DNA of 64,000 bases from positions 1,632,001 through 1,696,000 of the forward strand of contig OZ219866.1 in the NCBI GenBank assembly GCA_964291675.2, written 5' to 3'. Of the stretch, positions 58,394 through 64,000 are shown piece after piece. The notes beneath the pieces were generated by a model, which saw only the letters and a list, made by a program, of their open reading frames with translations, did not search any database and was not told where the DNA came from. Source of the stretch: Alphaproteobacteria bacterium. Its GTDB lineage: Bacteria; Pseudomonadota; Alphaproteobacteria; MPNO01. Within the stretch, counting starts at the first letter, position 1. The number at the start of each line of letters is the position of its first letter. The position numbers and the translations under genes are program-made.

Positions 58394-59281
58394 TCAGCGT
58401 GCGCGCAGAAGTGCGGATCGGGTGAACTGACTGTCGTCGAGACCGGTGCGGAACCGAAAATCGGTCCACTTCAGCACCGTGCTCGCACCGGTCAGGTGAT
58501 TTACCATCTTCTGTTCTTCCGCCCTCCAGTAGCGGTCCAGATATTGCCGGTAGTTCGCGAGAGTTAGCGTCTTCAGGTGCGAGCCCCTCCGGTCGTACAG
58601 GTCCATTCTCCAGGTTCGCAGCTCGCCCGTGTCCTGCCAGACCACCTTGCGGCTGTATCCGGACCTCTTGTCCAGGGGAACCTGCTCGATAACCGTGCAC
58701 GTGAGTTCGCCGCAGGGCTCGTCACGCAGATACTTGTAGGCGTATTCCTCGACCTCCGGAGAGCTCATGTCCTCGTATGAAAACTCGCTTCCCATGAAAG
58801 ACCCCGAACGCCGCGCGGCGCTGATGCGCTTCACCCTTTTCAGGGCGGGCAGATACAGCCACTGGTCGTCCGGGGTGTTGATGTGGGCGTGGGTCAAGAG
58901 GGCGGTTCCCCGCACGTGTCGCGGCTGATCGAACACGAACAGGCTCTTGTCGCCATCTCCCGGCACCTCGAGCACGTTGAAACGCATCTGGCGGACGCTC
59001 TCCCGACCCTGCCGGTCGCGCAGCACCATCGTCATTCCAGCGGTGAAATCCCGGAAGCCGTCGTTGCGGGCGCTGGCTTCGCGCGCAAGCCGCAGACCCT
59101 TCTCCTCCGGCGTTTCCGCCAGCGCAATGACATCTGCACCCGGCGAACAGAAGCAAGCCAGCGCGAAGACCAGCGCACCGAGGAACGCCCGTCGTACGTG
59201 TGGAATGCCCTTCGCCCTGCCTCGGTCCTCAAGCGCTTTCCTGACGAATTCGTGATCTCCGCACATCCACACAGGTCCCAT
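58394..59281 (-). CDS. Outer-membrane lipoprotein-sorting (LolA-like) protein
   Basis: FDQPRHVRGTALL, DDQWLYLPALKRVKRI, SFMGSEFSYEDM. Start uncertain. Confidence 0.85.
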   Translation of the reverse strand: MGPVWMCGDHEFVRKALEDRGRAKGIPHVRRAFLGALVFALACFCSPGADVIALAETPEEKGLRLAREASARNDGFRDFTAGMTMVLRDRQGRESVRQMRFNVLEVPGDGDKSLFVFDQPRHVRGTALLTHAHINTPDDQWLYLPALKRVKRISAARRSGSFMGSEFSYEDMSSPEVEEYAYKYLRDEPCGELTCTVIEQVPLDKRSGYSRKVVWQDTGELRTWRMDLYDRRGSHLKTLTLANYRQYLDRYWRAEEQKMVNHLTGASTVLKWTDFRFRTGLDDSQFTRSALLRAR

Positions 59282-59756
59282 GATCGCAAAAGGACATTGT
59301 ACTTTGATTCCCGCAAACGGGAGAAGTCAAAGCTTGACTGGCAATCCCGTCGGTGGGACACGAGACGGCCAAGCCCGTTCCGCGCCGAAAAGAGATCGAC
59401 TGTAGACCCCCGAACGCGAGCCCGCCCCGTCATGTTGGCCGCGCGCCTCACGACGCAGCGGCGCCGAGCGCGAAAGAACGCGCCGTTCCCGCCGGGGCTA
59501 CGCACGCGTTGCGCGCCCTCTGCCTCTCCAACAAATCGGAACGGCACTTGGCGAGGCAAGAGATTTAATCTCCCTGCCTCAAGTCTTTTTGCAGCCTTCC
59601 GTTTCATGCCTCGCGTGCGCAACAAAGAATATAGGATCGGCTCTCCAAGCAACAAAAGTCTAATTGCTCGCTGACTTGACCTTGCGACGCCACCGTGTTA
59701 GCCCTATCTCTCGACATGTCGGCGTAGCTGTGCGTGCAAAGCAAAGGAGGATTGCC

Positions 59757-60008
59757 ATGAGAAGTGGCGATGAGATGCTGCAACAGATTGTTGAGAAATC
59801 CGCCATGGACGCGGGTTTCAGGCAACAGCTTCTCGAAGACCCCAAGACTACCATCAGCGAAGAATTGGGCATCACCATTCCCGATTCGATGACCATCAAG
59901 GTCCATGAGAGCGACATGCAGACGGTGCATCTCGCCTTGCCGCCGGATCCGAACATCACCGAGGAGCAGCTCGAAGCCATCTCGGCCGGTCTTTGCTGCT
60001 GCTGGTAA
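59757..60008 (+). CDS. srpE: NHLP-leader (proteusin) RiPP precursor, core LCCCW (SrpE-like)
   Basis: AAGGAGG RBS; leader KSAMDAGFRQQLLEDPK...HLALP, then ITEEQLEAISAG (double-Gly-type site) followed by LCCCW*. Symbol by resemblance. Confidence 0.93.
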   Translation: MRSGDEMLQQIVEKSAMDAGFRQQLLEDPKTTISEELGITIPDSMTIKVHESDMQTVHLALPPDPNITEEQLEAISAGLCCCW

Positions 60009-60082
60009 AGCCGATCGCCTGCGAGCATGCGATCGGGACGCGGAACGAGGCCGATCCGCGATCTCGCGTCGCCCGAACTGAC

Positions 60083-60110
60083 CCACCCGACTCCGACCGG
60101 AGTCGGGTGG
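60083..60110. terminator. Hairpin between convergent genes (possible terminator)
   Basis: 12-bp stem CCACCCGACTCC/GGAGTCGGGTGG with GACC loop. Confidence 0.6.
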
Positions 60111-60139
60111 CTGTTCTGGCACGTCGATACGGGCCGACA

Positions 60140-61258
60140 TTACTGGGGGACCGCTCCGGAGAGCACCATGAACACGTAGGCCTTGGCTCTTCGGAGCCGA
60201 TTTTCGGAGATCACCAGTTTGATGTGGTGGATGCCCCGTAGCAGTACATAGCGCCCGGACTTCGCAAACAGCGTCGTCGGTTTTGCGACCCAGTCGGCAA
60301 GCGCCGTGAGCTTCTGCGGAACGACAAATTCCTCATGGCTCATCGCTTCCAAGAGCGGATCCCAATCGGTCGGGCCGTCGAGCCAATAGCGTGGATCTTT
60401 CGTGTATCTCTGCTTGACGATGAATGTAAGGCCCAGCGTCGGGCCCACCCCGTCTTCGCGCACGTCAATGTTCGCTCCGGTCCTGACAATATTCACGCGT
60501 TTCCTGAATCGTTCGATTACCGAGTGGACGGCCGAGATCTGGCCCGGCCAGCCCGTATCTTCGAGATATGAACATATGTCCTTCCGCGATTTGAAGCCCA
60601 TGACGGCCAGGCGGATCGCTCGCGAGCGAGAGGGGAATACGCCGAACGAATCCATGCGGGTATCTTCCGGCTGAGCCAGGTAAACCCTTTCGACGTTCTG
60701 CCGCTCGGCAGGGGTCGTCTCCCAGCCCACGCAGGCAAGGAGCGCGTCGACCACCATCGCCGCATCGGTCTCCTGACGGCGGGCGCCGACAATCGCGCGT
60801 TCCCCGGGCCGCAGGAACATCGCCGGAAGGGAAATTTCATCCTGCCGCGCAGAGCCGATGTCGTATTCCAGCATCAACTTGCGGCCGACGATGTCACGCA
60901 GGGGCGAAACTTCGGTGTCCATCCGTTCGAACAGCCGCACGATCGCTTTCGCGGTCTCATCGGTCCGGTCGGTCCGCGCGCGTTCCTCAAAAAACGTCGC
61001 CGTCCTGGTTCCGCTCGCCAGCGAGGCCCCGAAATCCGCCTCCGGACTGCGCGCGTGCAGCGGCAGTTCGAAGCCGAACGGAAGAGCGCCCATCGTGATC
61101 GGAAGTCTTCCGGCGCATTCGAGCACCCGCTGCCATTCCGGATCTCCGATGAGGTTTGGTGAAATCCTGTTGCGAAAGTGCCCGAGCAGGTCGCCCATGG
61201 TGCCGCCTTCTTCGGCCAGGCGGTCCTGGGTGAGCGTGATTGCCTTGTCGATGTCCAT
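60140..61258 (-). CDS. Uncharacterised 372-aa RiPP-cluster protein
   Basis: Starts 9 bp after the YcaO stop with a purine-rich RBS; globular; motifs FGFELPL, MLEYD, HHIKLV...AKAYV. Confidence 0.8.
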   Translation of the reverse strand: MDIDKAITLTQDRLAEEGGTMGDLLGHFRNRISPNLIGDPEWQRVLECAGRLPITMGALPFGFELPLHARSPEADFGASLASGTRTATFFEERARTDRTDETAKAIVRLFERMDTEVSPLRDIVGRKLMLEYDIGSARQDEISLPAMFLRPGERAIVGARRQETDAAMVVDALLACVGWETTPAERQNVERVYLAQPEDTRMDSFGVFPSRSRAIRLAVMGFKSRKDICSYLEDTGWPGQISAVHSVIERFRKRVNIVRTGANIDVREDGVGPTLGLTFIVKQRYTKDPRYWLDGPTDWDPLLEAMSHEEFVVPQKLTALADWVAKPTTLFAKSGRYVLLRGIHHIKLVISENRLRRAKAYVFMVLSGAVPQ

Positions 61259-61267
61259 ATTCCCCCC

Positions 61268-63586
61268 TCACGCCACGACGGGTGCGGGATTGAGGTCGGC
61301 TTCGGCGAGAGGACGCTTGCGCCGGCCCATGCCGACGGGCACGTCGTACAGGCGCCCGGGCGCGAATCTCGCCCAAAAATGGCGCATGCCCGGCACGATC
61401 ACCCGCGCCACGGGCATGCCGATATCGGGCCGGGTCTGATCCAGCACCAGGAACTCCATGCCCCTGGCTTCGACGAGCGCGCGGCAGGTCTCCACGTCTT
61501 CCCGCGTGTCCGTCGACTCGATCACCGGATACTGCGAAGCCTTGCCGGGCGGGCTGTCTTCGGCCGGCGCCAGCCATGGGCATTCGGCGAGACGAGCGGT
61601 GTTCCACCACCAGAGCGCCAGCGGATCGTCGATCATCGGTCGGCCGTCGCCCCTCGCGGGACGTGGCAACCAGGTGAGGCACTGGTTCAATTCGCAGATC
61701 GCCCGCAGGGCCGCTATGCGCGGGTCGGCGTGGGCCCCGGCGCCGTAGATGATGTCCTCGGTTTCGGCGTTCGGTCGGCGCGAGAGCGCCACGAATGTCG
61801 GGATGCCGATGTCTGAGGTTGCATCCAGCATCCACAGGTCCCGTTCGCGCCGGGCGTAGTACTCCGGCGCCGATCCGAGGTACTCGTCGTCGAAACCGGG
61901 AAGATCGACCGCCGGGAGCCGCAGCCGGTTGTACCACCAGATGGCGAACGCATCGCGTTCCGCCAGCTCGTAGAAGCCTTGCAGGATGGCTTCTTCCAAC
62001 GTGTTGCCCGCCGCGCAGCCATTGGAGTCGGCGATCAGGTCGGTAGGGCCGCGCAGCTCGCCGGGCATGCTGTACAGCATCGACGTCGGCAGATAGCGAT
62101 GCCGCTGCTGCGTCAGCGACCACACCGGCGTCCAGTCGATTTCGGCGTCCGGGTCGAAACGCCGCGGCACGACATTGTAGGGGTGGCCTCTCGCGTTGAT
62201 GCTCTTCGCGTTGTCGAGCTGACGGTCGCTGAACAGCTGCGCGTCGTTCGGATGGATGGCCTCGTCCCCGACGGCGAGCTCGACGAACCGCTTGCGGATG
62301 CGGATCTCGTCTCCGTGGCGAGCGCCGGAATGGCGCTCCACCGCCTCGCAGAGCGCGCTGACCCTGGATTGCTCCGATGTGCTGCCCTTGCCGGCGCTGT
62401 TGCTGCGCAGGCTGCGCCTGAGCGAGCTCAGGCTCCGGCTTCTGGCACCGAGATTGCTTCCGGCCCAATGGACGTGCAGCCAGGCGTCGGTCTCGTCCGT
62501 GGTGCGCGTGAGCCAGGTTACGACACCGCTGACCGGGCTCACCAAATGGCGGTATTTGGCCAGGGTGACTTCCGGCGCAACCGAGCGCGCGCCGCCGCTG
62601 TTGCGATGGGTCTTGGGGCTCGTTTCAAGCCTCAACGGAACCGGCGCTCGATCCGGCCGATGCAACGCTTCGTCGCCACAGGCAAGGCATTGCGGCCGGC
62701 GCATAACCCGATGATGCGACGTCGCGAATGTGCCGGTATTCATCGCGATCGCGTGCTCGTGAATCGCGGCCGCCTCTTCCAGCACCAGCCACTTGACGAT
62801 CTCCGCCGCGATCAGCCCGTACAGCGCGTCCAGCAATGCGGGCTGAGACGCGAACGGCCTGAAGGCGGCCTCCTCGCCGGCAAGGTTGCGCAGAAAACCG
62901 TGGACTTCCTGATGGCTGCGCAGGCGGTGCGCCAGGCAGTCCCAGCAAGGCCCCCGATCGCCCGCGCGAAAGATCGGGCCGAACAACGACTCCATGCCGC
63001 GCGGCCGCACCAGCGTCCATGGCACTCTCGTCTCGATCCGGCGCCGGTTCTCGTCCGCGAGGCGCGCTTCGAGGTAATCTTCGCAGACGATGACCGTGAG
63101 TTCGGGACCGGCAGCCGCCACGCTGGCGCCGCTGTCCGCCAGATGCCGGGACAGGCTTCCGTCGTCGCCCTCGACCGCCACGCGCGCTTCCGCCAGACGT
63201 CGTTCGACCCAGCGCGGCGATGCACCGAGCGACGACCAGTAGGCCGCCCGGCATCGGTCCATGCCATGATCGGCCGAGACGACGTAGCCCTTGGCCGAGA
63301 GCGCAGCGATGGCGGCGAGAACATCGGCCGCGGGATGGGCGTCCTGGAGGGAAGCGACGATCTCGTCCAGCCTGTGCCGACCGTCGAGCAGCGGCAGCAG
63401 ATCACGATTCAGCGCTCCGTGGAGCAGGGTGTTGAACGATTCGGAGACCAGAAGGGTCTGCTGTTCGCCGATATCGTGCACTTGAAAATGGGGGACCAGG
63501 GCGGGAAGCTGGACGAGGCCCTGGTCCTCCGGGGTCGCTTTGGTCAATATCCCCGGTCGGGGAGTCCGGGCGGTTTGAGTCGTCAT
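61268..63586 (-). CDS. srpC: Fused leader-binding/E1-like + YcaO cyclodehydratase (SrpC-like)
   Basis: GPCWDCL and RRPQCLACG (E1-like Zn sites), SAGKG, ALCEAVER, SNGCAAG..EEAILQGFYELAERDA, C-terminal LNPAP (PxP of azoline-forming YcaO). Symbol by resemblance. Confidence 0.92.
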   Translation of the reverse strand: MTTQTARTPRPGILTKATPEDQGLVQLPALVPHFQVHDIGEQQTLLVSESFNTLLHGALNRDLLPLLDGRHRLDEIVASLQDAHPAADVLAAIAALSAKGYVVSADHGMDRCRAAYWSSLGASPRWVERRLAEARVAVEGDDGSLSRHLADSGASVAAAGPELTVIVCEDYLEARLADENRRRIETRVPWTLVRPRGMESLFGPIFRAGDRGPCWDCLAHRLRSHQEVHGFLRNLAGEEAAFRPFASQPALLDALYGLIAAEIVKWLVLEEAAAIHEHAIAMNTGTFATSHHRVMRRPQCLACGDEALHRPDRAPVPLRLETSPKTHRNSGGARSVAPEVTLAKYRHLVSPVSGVVTWLTRTTDETDAWLHVHWAGSNLGARSRSLSSLRRSLRSNSAGKGSTSEQSRVSALCEAVERHSGARHGDEIRIRKRFVELAVGDEAIHPNDAQLFSDRQLDNAKSINARGHPYNVVPRRFDPDAEIDWTPVWSLTQQRHRYLPTSMLYSMPGELRGPTDLIADSNGCAAGNTLEEAILQGFYELAERDAFAIWWYNRLRLPAVDLPGFDDEYLGSAPEYYARRERDLWMLDATSDIGIPTFVALSRRPNAETEDIIYGAGAHADPRIAALRAICELNQCLTWLPRPARGDGRPMIDDPLALWWWNTARLAECPWLAPAEDSPPGKASQYPVIESTDTREDVETCRALVEARGMEFLVLDQTRPDIGMPVARVIVPGMRHFWARFAPGRLYDVPVGMGRRKRPLAEADLNPAPVVA

Positions 63587-63618
63587 CTGGGATTTCCGCG
63601 CCGGATCGGCCGCGACCT

Positions 63619-64000
63619 TCAGCCGCGCGAAGGCAGCGCATCGACATGGGCGGCGGCGCGGGCCGCGGTCTCGGCGACCGCCGATTTGAGCGCATCGAAA
63701 TTCTCGTGTCCGCAAGCGTTCGCGACGAGGGATTTCACCTTCGGTCTTGCCGCGGTCGCATCAAATCCTTCCTCACCGGCGAGGCGCGTGACGCCCTGCA
63801 AGTCCCGCCACATGGCCGCGGCTTCCGCCAGCGGCGCGGCACCGGCGGCCTCGAACACCGCCGCGGCGGTCGGAGCCGGATCGTCGAGGTCGGGACCGGC
63901 ACTCGTCAGCTGCAGGAAGCGCGCGGCCCTCTCGACCTCTTCCAGCCCGCCGCGCATGCGGGCATAGGCGAACACGCCCGTTTCGACGGGATCCGGCAGT
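63619..64000 (-). CDS. Partial ORF (3' end) with a degenerate GlnE-like helical C-terminal domain
   Basis: Frame is open to the window edge; RGGLEEVERAARFLQL..MWRDLQGVTRL..ACGHENFDAL resembles the GlnE C-terminus (GGLxDIEF..QYLQL). Confidence 0.55.
   Translation of the reverse strand, partial: LPDPVETGVFAYARMRGGLEEVERAARFLQLTSAGPDLDDPAPTAAAVFEAAGAAPLAEAAAMWRDLQGVTRLAGEEGFDATAARPKVKSLVANACGHENFDALKSAVAETAARAAAHVDALPSRG

Noticed and set aside
59757-60008. Nitrile hydratase alpha subunit
   Set aside because: Lacks the CxxCSC metal site and is only 83 aa; it is the NHLP leader family.

Overview
GC-rich (roughly 70% by eye) bacterial chromosome segment with alphaproteobacterial gene content and order. 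The srp-like RiPP cluster suggests a marine-sponge symbiont (inference). Five blocks: (1) 1-300 is non-coding and carries a perfect parS palindrome, so the window is probably origin-proximal. (2) About 0.3-21.3 kb is an accessory catabolic region for aromatic or N-heterocyclic compounds (MarR, luciferase-like monooxygenase, two amidohydrolases, maleate-isomerase family, aryl-CoA ligase, MHPCO-like flavin oxygenase, dienelactone hydrolase, 2OG-Fe(II) oxygenase, orphan molybdo-hydroxylase large subunit, triple-Rid protein, AtzH-like protein, UbiD). It carries REP/REPIN-like palindromes, one cluster of which supplies the 3' ends of two genes. (3) About 21.4-46.8 kb is housekeeping (M17 peptidase, yejA-yejA-yejBEF, hisN, cytochrome c, pheA, nudC, SRP RNA, dnaX-ybaB-recR, def-fmt-truA, dapE-dapD, argB, engB-yidC-yidD-rnpA-rpmH). 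(4) About 46.8-56.9 kb holds a decayed phage-tail remnant flanking an intact cargo gene, a Tct-type transporter plus aryl-sulfate sulfotransferase, a TVP38/flavin disulfide reductase pair and an orphan histidine kinase. (5) About 57-64 kb is a somewhat lower-GC proteusin RiPP cluster: NHLP-leader precursor with core LCCCW, fused YcaO cyclodehydratase, flavin-dependent halogenase, LolA-like protein, a 372-aa unknown protein and a truncated GlnE-like ORF at the edge. From memory this matches the described sponge-microbiome srp cluster, so its core is probably not new; the accessory proteins are the open questions. All calls come from reading motifs; no database searches were run.
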